A DNA stretch of 64,000 nt. Origin: Octopus vulgaris (Eukaryota). Shown piece by piece: positions 44,091 to 57,016 of this stretch. A program made the position numbers and the translations under genes. The DNA lies in the NCBI GenBank assembly GCA_951406725.2, contig OX597814.1, positions 19,158,001 to 19,222,000 on the forward strand. Direction: 5' to 3'. Numbering within the stretch: the stretch's first letter is position 1; each line of letters opens with the position of its first letter. Under the pieces are notes generated by a model. The model worked only from the letters and a program-made list of their open reading frames with translations, did no database searches and was not told where the DNA came from.

Positions 44091-44372
44091 AAAGCAGCGG
44101 ACTCGCGGTCGAGGGATCGCGGGTTCGAATCTCAGACCGGGTGATGTGTGTGTTTATGAGTGAAACACCTAAGCTCCACGCGGCTCCAGCAGAAGGTAAT
44201 GGCGAACTTTTGCTGACTCTTTCGCCACAACATTCTCTTCACTCTTTCCTCCTGCATCTTGCAGCTCACCTGCGACGGACCGGCGTCCCGTCCAGGTGGG
44301 GAACCTATACGCCAAGGAAACCGGGAAACTGGCCCCTTATGAACCAGGCATGGCTCGAGAAGGAACAAACAA
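44091..44372 (+). mobile_element. SINE family C with V-domain-like block
   Basis: GCAGCGGACTCGCGGTCG..GGGTTCGAATC; CTGCGACGGACCGGCGTCCCGTCCAGG. Confidence 0.85.
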
Positions 44373-45040
44373 TACTACAGTCAAAGATGCTTGCCCATGT
44401 TTCCGCTCAGTGAGATCAATCCTGAAATAAGCTTGTTACAAGCAAGCTTCTTAACCGCATCTACTCACCTGTTTTCATTTGCATCGCACGGTCATGCAAC
44501 TGGTTTAAATGGATCTCTAGATTCTTAAAGAAGAAACTTAATTTATACCAGAAATCAATTATGTAATATTTTATGCAGAATGAAACGATTGCCGTGGCTA
44601 AAAGACAACGTTAATACGATGGAAAATTTTACAGCAACCAAACCAATAACCATACTGGATAAGTGTGGAAAGGAGACCTATACTCGACTGGATGATATAC
44701 TAGAAATAATAACCAAATCCCTCAAATCACAGCCAGTTCTCTTTAAAATACAAGAATATATTGAATCCTAAGTATGCCAGACGTGACAAAGTAAAACGGT
44801 ATAGTCATGACTGGAATGTCTTTAACACAGTTATACTTCATTAGGGTAACAGGACGTAAACAATTGCAACAATCTATCGGACAAGTACGATACTGTAAAA
44901 GATAAGTATATGGAATATTCGGACCGTTGGCTAGTAACCTAAGTGTTATATAACTGTTTGAGTAGAGCAAATAGGGACTTTACAACAAATTTCTTTATCA
45001 GCAAAAGAAATCCCATAACAAAAAAAAAAATTTTAAATAC

Positions 45041-45445
45041 AGTGGCTGTGTGGTAAGTAGATTGCTAAACAACCACATGGTTCCGGGTTCAGTCCCACTG
45101 CGTGGCATCTTGGGCAAGTGTCTTCTGCTATAGCCCCGAGCCGACCAATGCCTTGTGAGTGGATTTGGTAGACGGAAACTGAAAGAAGCCTGTCGTATAT
45201 ATGTATATATATGTATATGTGTGTGTGTGTTTGTGTGTCTGTGTTTGTTCCTCTAGCATTGCTTGACAACCGATGCTGGTATGTTTACGTCCCCGTCACT
45301 TAGCGGTTCGGCAAAAAGAGAACGATAGAATAAGTACTGGGCTTACAAAGAATAAGTCCCGGGGTCGATTTGCTCGACTAAAGGCGGTGCTCCAGCATGG
45401 CCGCAGTCAAATGACTGAAACAAGTAAAAGAGTAAAAAAAAAGAG
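45041..45445 (+). mobile_element. SINE family A, young near full-length
   Basis: Family match. Confidence 0.92.
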
Positions 45446-46291
45446 TATTTGTAAAAGCCGGCAAATTTTATTATGCGGGCTATTGTTTTTCATGCAGATT
45501 ATGCTTCCGAATTATTTATTCTCTTAACTCCAACGCAGGGAATGAACAATCATTTCAGAGTATTGTAGCAATTTTTTTTTTTCTGCAGTCACTTGAACAA
45601 TTTCACGAGGAGTAGTTTTCCCGAAATATTATAGAAGCTTTAAACAACTTATGTAAAGTAATACAATATTTTGTCTGTTTTCTATTTATTCTCATTCGTT
45701 TATATGCTCTACCTAACTTCGTACATGCATTACTGAAAGGTCTTTAAAACATCTATAGCAGTTACAGTAATTTAAAATTGCATTAATCAATATTTCGACA
45801 ATTATGGTAAAAACTAAGCTTCGCTAATGGGACTAGAAAAAGTTCGGGACTTCTCTGAGTTAACATAGTATTACGCATCAAGAGTAACCCTCTCCGCCTA
45901 GTGTGATAATCACTATTGATAGAGCTTATAATACAGTAATAGTAATAATGATTGAACAGATGATATTTGCTGATCTTATCGAAATGATCAATCTTAGGCA
46001 GTAAATATAAAGCAACCCGACGTCACTTTTTATTTACTGCCTAATTATGATTAGTTTGCGTTTATCAAGCGGAGGTGGAGTGACCTAGTTCTTAGGTTTT
46101 AGTCTGCAGTACCAGGGACAAATATCATCTACTATATTCTTTGTGAGCAGAATTCAATTTGGTAGACAAAATGTTTCAGTAATAACCATTACTGGGCCTT
46201 GTAGTTCAGTACTAAACCTAGCGGAGACATATGTTGGACTCAAAATCGTAAGATTGTGGTTTTGATTCCCAAACTAGGCTGAGTTTTGAAA

Positions 46292-46493
46292 TACTCTTTT
46301 ACTTGTTTCAGTCATTTGACTGCGGCCATGCTGGAGCACCGCCTTTAGTCGAGCAAATCGACCCGGGACTTATTCTTTGTAAGCCCAGTACTTATTCTAT
46401 CAGTCACTTTTGCCGAACCGCTAAGTGACGGGGACGTAAACACACCAGCATCGGTTGTCAAGCAATGCTAGGGGGACAAACACAGACACACAA

Positions 46494-46566
<73 letters not shown>

Positions 46567-46722
46567 TACGACAGACTTCTTTCAGTTTCCGTCTACCAAA
46601 TCTACTCACAAGGCATTGGTCGGCCCGGGGCTATAGCAGAAGACACTTGCCCAAGATGCCACGCAGTGGGACTGAACCCGGAACTATGTGGTTGTTTAGC
46701 AAGCTACTTACCACACAGCCAC
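46292..46722 (-). mobile_element. SINE family A, young near full-length
   Basis: Family match. Confidence 0.92.
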
Positions 46723-47461
46723 GAACAAATCATTCCATTTCATGTTGTTCCTGTGAACTCAGCTGAAATCGAGTACCAGCAATAAATTCCGGTTTAGCTG
46801 GATTGGAGTCATGTTAAAAAGAGAAGATAGTATTCTTAACTCTCGGTCACTTATACTCCATGAAATGCAGTAAAAATTCCATCTTATTGAGCCTTGCAAT
46901 ATAGTTAACAACATTCACCATAAGACTTATAAAATATTAAAATTCAAAGATCCTAAATATAAATATATATATACTAAGCTAAGTATATATGATGAAAAAC
47001 AAAACCCGTCAAAGGGCGGAGGAACTCTTGAGAGTCAACGGCCATCCAATAAATGTCTTAAGGCTATATCATGCGCGGGGCTATATCATGCGCGAGGTCA
47101 TAGCCTTATTGAGCCTTGCAATATAGTTAACAACATTCTAATGTCCTTTGCCATAAATATTTTATCATTTTACAAATATATTCACTATTACTTTACAAGT
47201 ACACTGGTGATGGACTGATTACCAATGTACTTCTAATTTAAAAGTACTGGAGTTAGATCAAAAATAGGTCGGGAAAAATATATCGTAAAGAACTCATCAT
47301 CGCATATCGTTGCCACCCAATCTATGAATAACGAGAGCAGACAAAAATACAGACTAAACAATAATCAATTTATATAGGCCTAACTTGACGTTTCTTTTTT
47401 GTTTTATCGTGATGGGGGGAGGGGAATTGATATAGTCGACTGAACCAAGCACTGTTCCAGT

Positions 47462-47531
47462 TACTACTACTACTACTACTACTACTACTACCATCACCAC
47501 CACTACTACTACTACAACTACTACTACTACA

Positions 47532-47575
<44 letters not shown>

Positions 47576-47621
47576 TACTACTACTACTACTACTTCTACT
47601 TCTACTACTAGTACTACCACC

Positions 47622-47659
<38 letters not shown>

Positions 47660-47669
47660 CACGACTACG

Positions 47670-47719
<50 letters not shown>

Positions 47720-47740
47720 GGCCGCCGCTACTGCTGCTAG
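47462..47740. repeat. (ACT/ACC)n array
   Basis: Direct reading. Confidence 0.95.
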
Positions 47741-48019
47741 TATCACTATCATTCTCATTGCCACAAGCACTGTCAAGAGTACAAAATTAAACACATACTC
47801 ATACACGCACATTAAATACACACGCAAATATGTGTAAGTATATGTAAACATATATACATGAATATATACATACATACATACATACATAAAGTAAATGACA
47901 CAAAATATGATATTTTTTAAATGAATAGACGCCCGTTTCAGAAGTATGGCAGGACGGTACGGTCATCGTAGCGAGAAACTACTAACATCATTATTATATT
48001 GATCTTTATTATCATCACG

Positions 48020-48151
48020 GTCATTGCCGTTGTCATCGTCGTCGTAGTCGTCGTCGTCGTCAACATCACACAACCACCATTACCATCATCATAATCATCA
48101 TCATCATCACCATCATCACCATCATCATCATCATCATCACCATCATCATCG

Positions 48152-48183
<32 letters not shown>

Positions 48184-48310
48184 TCCATCATTAACTATTA
48201 TATTATAAGCACTGCAACTATGATAACGACATAACCAGCCAACCAAATTCCACGTGACAGCCACCACCACCACCACCACCACCGCCACCACCAAAACCAT
48301 TAACACCACA
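48020..48310. repeat. (CAT/CGT/CAC)n array
   Basis: Direct reading. Confidence 0.95.
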
Positions 48311-48359
48311 CACCATTATCATAAAAAACAATAACAAGATACATCGAAACAAAACAGCA

Positions 48360-48451
<92 letters not shown>

Positions 48452-48452
48452 T

Positions 48453-48508
<56 letters not shown>

Positions 48509-48514
48509 TATGTA

Positions 48515-48567
<53 letters not shown>

Positions 48568-48572
48568 TTGTC

Positions 48573-48615
<43 letters not shown>

Positions 48616-49396
48616 TAAGAATGAAACGCCTTTCGGTTTATTTGAGCAGAAATCTGTGGCAATCAATGTGTTAACAGCTGATTTAATTCCTTGATGATAA
48701 ATAACGAGAATTTGAAAGCGAACTAAAGGGAAAAGAAAGTTTCAGCGAAACGTAGCTTTGCCGTTTAGAATTCTTCCACCTGCAGCACCGCCCGTTGCCT
48801 TCTCACAAACAGACCATATTCTTCTTCACTGTTGGAAATAATAAAATGGTAATGAAACTTTCTTAAAAGATCTCCTCAAAAATCAATAAATACGTGTGGA
48901 AGGGTTTGGCTGGTCTCCGTGTTGTTGATGTCGTCGTCCACGTAGGTGCCAGCGCTGTCGCCATATTGGTGGTGACGGTGACGGTGACGGTAGGGACGGG
49001 TGGTGGTGGTGGTTGTGGTGGTGGTGGTGGTGGTGGTGTTAACAATCATGATGATGGTAGTTGTGGCGTGGAAGACCGCCGTGATGGTGTTGCAATGGTG
49101 ATGATCGAGATGGTGGTGCTGATGATGATGTTGATGGTGGTGGTGATATCAATGGTAATGATGATGATACTGAAGATGGTGATGATGATGATGATGTATG
49201 GTGTTCCACATTTATTCATCTGTTTCTTCTTTATTAGATTTCTTTGTTTTATATATAATTATATATTATTAGTATTATTACTACTCTATTGGAAGGAGAG
49301 AGTTTAGTTCTTGCCGAGAGTTTTGTCCTTTTCAGAAACGTTGCCTCATCCATCCTTTGCCTTTCGTTCATCCTTTATATATATATATATATATAT

Positions 49397-49585
49397 ATAC
49401 TAAGTAATTAAGGGTTTAGCAACGATTTGCCTCACCACACACCGAATTTAGAAATAGCAGTCAAAGAGTTATAGCTATTCCTTTCTACTAAAAGGGAGAT
49501 CTCAGTAAAACCGCAGCACTTGAAAGGCAAACACAGACAGGCAAGAGAGAGGCAAATCGTTGCTAAACCCTTAATTACTTAGTAT
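49397..49585. repeat. Perfect 37-bp inverted repeat with 115-bp spacer beside (TA)n
   Basis: ATACTAAGTAATTAAGGGTTTAGCAACGATTTGCCTC (49397-49433) and its reverse complement (49549-49585). Confidence 0.9.
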
Positions 49586-49691
49586 TACTTAAACTTTCCC
49601 CAAATGGGGCTTTTACATGCCGAAATCTACATGGTGAAATTAATGATTATTCTAAATTAATTAATTTCACCCTACATTATTACTGATATAC

Positions 49692-49781
<90 letters not shown>

Positions 49782-49822
49782 GTAAAAATGTATGTATGTA
49801 TGTATGTATGTATGTATATATG

Positions 49823-49853
<31 letters not shown>

Positions 49854-50171
49854 ATATGAATCTATGTATGTATGTATGTATGTATGTATGTATGTATGTG
49901 TGTGTGTGTGTGTCTATGTGTGTGTATGTATAATTGTAAAAGAGGGCAGCAAACATTAAGACAAATCGCATACAATATTATTATTGGAAAAATATTCAAA
50001 GTCTTACAGCTGTTTCTGGGATATCACCGAATATGGAATATAGCAGTTTCGGTTATAAAATTGTAGCCCTAGTAATCCATTACAACACTTACCTGGCATA
50101 CCTAATCGTTTACATCTCTTGTGAAATAAACCCTCATTTTCGCACACACACAGACACATATATATATATAA

Positions 50172-50332
50172 AGGCGCAGGAATGGCTGTGTGGTAAGTAC
50201 CTTGCCTACCAACCACATTGTTCCGGGCTAAGCCCCACTGCGTGGAACGTTGGGCAAGTGTCTTCTACTATAGCCTCGGGCTGATCAAGGCTTTGAGAGT
50301 GGATTTGTAACGGAAACTGAAAGAAGTTCGTC

Positions 50333-50415
<83 letters not shown>

Positions 50416-50621
50416 TGTGTCTGTGATTGTTCTACCACTATCGCTTGATATCCGATGCTGGTGTGTTTACGTCCCCGTAACATAGCGGTTCGACAAAAGA
50501 ATTCCATAGAATAAGTACCAGGCCTACAAAGCATAAGTCCTGGGGTTGATCTATCGACTGAAGGCAGTGTTCCAATATGGCCGCTGTCAAATGACTGAAA
50601 CAAATAGAAAAGTAAAAGAGT
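50172..50621 (+). mobile_element. SINE family A, full-length
   Basis: Family match. Confidence 0.9.
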
Positions 50622-51591
50622 ATATATATATATATATAAAAATATATATATATAATTGTGTTTGTGTATCAGACATGCTTCACCAGAAAAAATACAACTG
50701 GGGCCCTCTCTGAATATACTTACATTAACATCAAATCATGCCGAAGGCCAATATTGGAAAGTGATTCCTGCCTTCAGAAAATCCTGTACGTACGAAAAAT
50801 GAAAAGAAATTAAATGAATAAAAACAGGAAATTTTTCTTACGTTGCAAAAAGTAAAATTGTGAAGTCTTCCAGGATTATTCCCTCGGTTTTGTTTGAAGA
50901 ATTTTATATCAATGGCAATGATTGACTTTGTTGCTTTATGCACAAGCATGGGAGCTTGAGGGCGTCAGAAAAATCATAATTTGGAGGAAACAAGAGAAGG
51001 AGGAGATGCGTAAAGGTGTAGACGCAAATAGTAGGTAAAGGTGATAATGAAGTGTGTCGAAAAGAAAATTTCGTGTATGCAATTAGTTATCGAAACCGGG
51101 CTATGCTTTTTGCTTGTACTCGACTAGTTATTAAAATTTGTTTGTACTTGTTTCAGTACTCGCTTAGCACAGTCAAACAAATGACGGTGTTAAATAATGA
51201 TAGGTAAAATTAGTATTTTGTTTTGTTGATCTATCGACGTAATATGATTATACAAATATTTACGTAGGCGATTACAGCACAATATACTATTACAGGTTGG
51301 AGAAACACGTGAAAGCATTGTGTAACAGGGGCGTAAAGCACCAACATCGCAAGCAGTGATGGCAGACAAATATACACGCAAATACACACACGCACAAATT
51401 CCCGCACACACACACACATGCACGCACTCGCGCGCGCACACTCACGCAGACATACATGCACACACACACACACACACACATATATATGAAGGGGCCTTCT
51501 TTAGCTTCCGCCCAGAGAATCACTCAAAAACCTCTGATCGGCCTGAGGCTATAGTAGACGAAGGTTGCCGCCACACAGACACATTCTGTAC

Positions 51592-51638
<47 letters not shown>

Positions 51639-51659
51639 AATCCCTCTCTCTCTCTCTCT

Positions 51660-51698
<39 letters not shown>

Positions 51699-51728
51699 GT
51701 ATTATGTATTTACATGTATATACATATA

Positions 51729-51779
<51 letters not shown>

Positions 51780-51836
51780 ATATATATATGCATATGTATA
51801 TATCTTCGCATATATATACATATATATCTATGTATC

Positions 51837-51893
<57 letters not shown>

Positions 51894-52483
51894 ATGTGTA
51901 TGTGTGTATATATATATGCATATAAATATATATGCATACATATATTATTTATATATATATGTGTGTATATATATGTATATATATGTATGTATATATATAT
52001 ATATGTATGTATATATTTATATGTATGTATATATATGTGTGTGTGTATGTGTGTGCGTGTGAGAGAGAGAGTGTACGCGCGTGTGCGCGTGCGTGTGTGT
52101 GTATGAAATTTGGGGTACTTCAGAGCTGATGCAGGATTTGATTAATCTAATGTGTGTTTTCAGTCTTAAGGTAGTAGGTGGAGGAATGATGGGCGAGCTG
52201 ATTGGCTGCTTTTAGAAGCAGGTGAGAAGAATGCGTAAGTACGCAGTAATTGCCTTCCATTCTGTTCCCCTACATTTAGATATTACTGTATTAAATTGCA
52301 GTTGTGCACCGGTTGAAGCCGCCATCTACTATATACATGGGTGGGGGTACATGCATACATACATACATGTATGTATGTACGTGTCTATGGACGTGCACAT
52401 GCTTGTATGCATTTGTTCAGGTTGCAGTCCGGTCTTCCCGGCCTAGGCTCGAATCCAACTTCTAACCAAAAGTGACGTTTTAT

Positions 52484-52881
52484 AGGCACAGGCGTGGCTG
52501 TGTGGTAAGAAGCTTGCTTCCGGGTTGAGTCCCACTGCGTGACAACTTGGGCAAGTGTCTTTTGCTATAGCCACGCGCCAACCAAATCCTTGTGAGTGGA
52601 TTTGGTAAACGGAACTGAAAGAAGTTCGTCGTAAACACACACACACACATATATATATATATATGTATATGTTTGGGTGTCTGTGTTTCTCCCCTACTAT
52701 CGCTTGACAACCGACGTTGGTATGTTTACGTCCCCATAAGATAACCGCTCGGCAAAAAGAGACCGATAGAATAAGTACTACGCTTACGCAGAATAAGTTC
52801 TGGGGTCGATTTCTTCGAATGAAGGCAGTGCTCCAGCATGGCCGCAATCAAATAACTGAAACAAATAAAAGAATAAAAGAA
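52484..52881 (+). mobile_element. SINE family A
   Basis: Family match. Confidence 0.88.
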
Positions 52882-52890
52882 TATATATCA

Positions 52891-52929
<39 letters not shown>

Positions 52930-52984
52930 ATTGAATGGAAGAAATGGAGTTGAACGAAGATTGTACAGAATTCCTTTTATTACA

Positions 52985-53064
52985 TTCTACACATGTTTCA
53001 AAGGCCACAAATTTCCAAATTCTGATTAAATAAGGGTACCATATTGTGGCTTTCTCATCAGGAA
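52985..53064 (-). ncRNA. Type I hammerhead ribozyme with canonical core
   Basis: TTC-CTGATGA-GAAAGCCACAA(long loop)TTGTGGCCTTT-GAAA-C(ATGT)GTA-GAA; lies in a ~260-bp island between (TA)n tracts. Confidence 0.7.
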
Positions 53065-53184
53065 AAAACAGGAATTCCGTTGACAGAACAAAACAGAACA
53101 GAGGATGTGATTTTTGCTACCCAGGTATCGGTTAAACTTTTGAATAATCTGTAACAAGAAAATTCATCTTTCTATTTCAACAAA

Positions 53185-53243
<59 letters not shown>

Positions 53244-54353
53244 GTATGCATTCATGTATGTATGTATGTATGTATGTATATATATGTACATATGTTTACG
53301 TTTTGCAATTTTATCCCTATATTAAGGGGTCTTTCGGTTTTACATCTACTAGTGGGTGCTGAAAGCTTCCTAGCATTAAGGGTGTCGCGTAAGGCCTGGT
53401 TGGAATCCCACCCTTCCGTGTTCCTTTACAGGGCTTACCAAAACTGAAGGACCGCTGCACTAAGTATGTTGATCTGAAAAAGAAATATACTGAATAAAAT
53501 CATGATCAACTGATCCTCCTGTATTTTCTTTGACCCCAAACCAGGTATTTCTCTGCATCCCCTCATATTATTTCTTTCTTTGTGTGTGTGTACGTGTGTA
53601 TGTGTGTGTGCATGTGTGACACATAATTCTCAATAGGATTGATTGATAAAAAAACGTTATTCCAAATCTTTTTCTCAAGAGGTCGATCCACTTTTACCTT
53701 TCAGGTGCGATATTTTAAAACATTATAGGGGAAAATCTATGCTTAACCGAAGTCAACAAATGGAGAAAATACCACAGATGCTTATTTTTATATATTTGTA
53801 TTTTCATTTCTCCCAAATCGAAATATTCTTTAAACAAAATTAACATTGAAACATAAAGTTACGATCTTTCTAACCAAAATATCACAGATGAATGGTTTGT
53901 AATAAAAATTGTGAAGGTTAAAAAAAATAAACATCACTAAACCTCTTTGAATAACAAAAACGAAAAATATACAATTATATATAATTTAGCATTATGTTCT
54001 CATCACCTCATATGCCAGTTGAATGTGGAATGTAAGTAATTTCAATGCATGATCAACCAATAAGTCTAAAATATTCCGAAATATTTCAGTGAGATATTTT
54101 GTGTCATACGAATAAATACAAACGAAAAGTCAACCAAGAATGCGAATGCCTTATAAATAAAATCTATGCTTCATGATGTCTCTTGACTCACTTACAAATG
54201 GCACCCCACATGAAGTCCCTAGAAAATTACCCATCACGACTAACGCCGTAAGAAACGGAGGGAAAAAATGACTGTAGGTAATAATCCCGCGCTCGGCTTC
54301 ACGAGAGTGTATAAAAAAGTAAATTGGTATAGATTAACAATACAAAAAAAAAT

Positions 54354-54420
<67 letters not shown>
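54354..54420. repeat. (TAA)n microsatellite
   Basis: Direct reading. Confidence 0.98.
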
Positions 54421-54422
<2 letters not shown>

Positions 54423-54719
54423 GGTCTTGAAGTAGATATACGAAAAAATGTGATAAAAAATGATCAAGAAGCAAAGAGAGTACTGAGTAACAGCACCGTA
54501 AAACTGCCAACGTAGTGGAAAGCAAATTCTTCGCAACGACAAGGGAAAAGTGATCACATGCACATAGAGATATATATACAAAAATATGGGTGTACGTGCT
54601 TGTACACACAAACACATACACATGTATATATACATACACACACACACACACACACACACACGTATATATACAGAAAGAGAGGGGAAAGAAAGAGTCATAC
54701 ATGCATAAACAGACATTCG

Positions 54720-54774
<55 letters not shown>

Positions 54775-54812
54775 GGATAGATAGATAGATGGATAGATTG
54801 AGAAATAGATAG

Positions 54813-54888
<76 letters not shown>

Positions 54889-54889
54889 G

Positions 54890-54924
<35 letters not shown>
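54720..54924. repeat. (GATA)n microsatellite
   Basis: Direct reading. Confidence 0.98.
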
Positions 54925-54925
<1 letters not shown>

Positions 54926-55606
54926 TGTTTCTTTATTAGCCACACAGGGCTGCACACAGATAGAACAAATTACAAGGTAGAGCTTTTCTTTTGAAGGTTT
55001 TAAAAAAAAAAAAAAAAAAAAAAAAGGAAGGGGGAGTTTCGATCAAAAGGGATCGTAAAAGGAGAGGAAGAGGACAAAAAAAAGGGGGGTTTAAAAAAAA
55101 GGGGGGGAGGAGGAAAAAAAAATGATCAATAGGGATCGTTATCACAGAAATGTCAATATGAAGTGTAAAGGGGAGGACAGGTGAGGTTTACCCGTGCAAA
55201 GAAAAGCCTACGGAAAAGACCACGGTAACCTCGGTCAATGATGTCACATTTTATATTTCTTTTTTTTTTTTTTTGCAAATAAGCAACTCTCTGTTTTCGA
55301 TTTCTGGGTTCATAGGACTATGCTCAAGGTGGCTTCGTCATTCATACGTGCCATTCTTGCTACATTCACCCATCTTTTTTTAAAACATTCGCTAGACAAA
55401 ACTTGCCTCTCTACTCTCACTTTCCTTTTCAAGTGGTACTTGAAGAAGTTGATGAGAGATTGACCAGAGAGGAAAGTGTTTGTCTCCAATCCTTTCAGAC
55501 GCGTCCACCAGATACATTCTTTCGCCATAGCCACAAGGATGATGAAAATAGCTCTTCCTTCCCGTTTGAAGGAAGGAGGCGTGACAATATTGACGATAGA
55601 CTCAGC

Positions 55607-55653
<47 letters not shown>

Positions 55654-55897
55654 GTAGGAAATTGTTGGACACTGAACGAGTGCGTGCAGAACGGTTTCGT
55701 CGCTCTGACCGCATCTCGGGCAGGTCGGCCCCGTGTTTCTCGAGCCGTGTCTGTAGAGCTTATCCCGAACGGGTAGCGCTTCTCGGTAGCACTGCCAGGC
55801 CAGGGATCTCTGGAAGTTGTCCATGGGCCCTGGCCCGAAAGTCGTCCTGAACAGGCGGGTCAGGTACTCCTCGTCGACGTCCAGGTTCGCCCCGAGC
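54925..55897 (-). pseudogene. 5'-truncated Tx1/L1-clade LINE: C-terminal zinc knuckle region and 3' UTR
   Basis: RSLAWQCYREALPVRDKL..CPRCGQSDETVLHALVQCP (CCHC), AMAKECIWWTR, FKKRW; stop at 55310; 3' end GCCCTGTGTGGCTAATAAAGAAAC then (TATC)n. Confidence 0.9.
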
Positions 55898-56015
55898 GTG
55901 TATCACAGTGTTATGATGTATGGATGGTGTAAATGGGAAAGTAAGTAAGGTTTATCCGTGGGAAGAAAAGCCTACGAAAAAGACCACGGTACCCTTGGTC
56001 AATATTGTTATAGAA

Positions 56016-56016
<1 letters not shown>

Positions 56017-56073
<57 letters not shown>

Positions 56074-56074
56074 G

Positions 56075-56135
<61 letters not shown>

Positions 56136-56170
56136 GTAGGTAGGTAGATAGATAGATAGATTGATAGATA
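56017..56170. repeat. (GATA)n microsatellite
   Basis: Direct reading. Confidence 0.98.
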
Positions 56171-56576
56171 AGTTTCTTTATTGACCACACAGGGCTGCAC
56201 ACAGATGGGACAAGTTACAAGGTAGAGCTTTTCTTTTGGGGGATGAAAAGAACAAAAAAAAAACAAAAGAAACAAAAAAAAAAGGTGGCGTAGGTTTTCG
56301 ATCAAAAGGGATCGTAAAAAGGAAAAAAAGAACAAAAAATCATTGAAATCGAAAGGATGAAAGGCAAAATCGGCCTCGGTGAAATTCGAACTCAGAACGT
56401 AATAGGCGATACGGAAAAAATGCCGCCAAGCATTTTGAAAAAACGATCAATAGGGAGCGTGTATCACAGTGTTATGATGTATGGATGGTGTAAATGGGAA
56501 AGTAAGTAAGGTTTATCCGTGGGAAGAAAAGCCTACGAAAAAGACCACGGTACCCTTGGTCAATATTGTTATAGAA
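56171..56576 (-). mobile_element. Second Tx1 copy, 3' UTR only, flanked on both sides by (GATA)n
   Basis: Homologous to 54925-55245; interrupted by a SINE B fragment at ~56340-56437. Confidence 0.85.
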
Positions 56577-56728
<152 letters not shown>

Positions 56729-56821
56729 TGTTAAGGAATTCAACTTTATCTTTTTATCGAATATACTCTTGTTTGTTATTGCAACCACTACTACCACTAC
56801 TAATAATAAGAACAATAGTGG

Positions 56822-57016
56822 TAGTATGGGCACAGAGTCTGAAATTTTGGGGGCGAGGTTAAGTCGAGTACTTAACTGGTACTTAATCCATTGAAATCGA
56901 AAGGATGAAAGGCAAAATCGGCCTCGGTGAAATTCGAACTCAGAACGTAATAGGCGATACGGAAAAAATGCCGCCAAGCATTTTGACAACACGCCAGTGA
57001 ACCCGGCAGCTTGCCA
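56822..57016 (-). mobile_element. SINE family B with alternative tail
   Basis: GGCAAGCTGCCGG head remnant, GAGTTCGAATTTC, GCCTTTCATCCTTTCG, CCCCCAAAATTTCAGACTCTGTGCCC. Confidence 0.75.
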
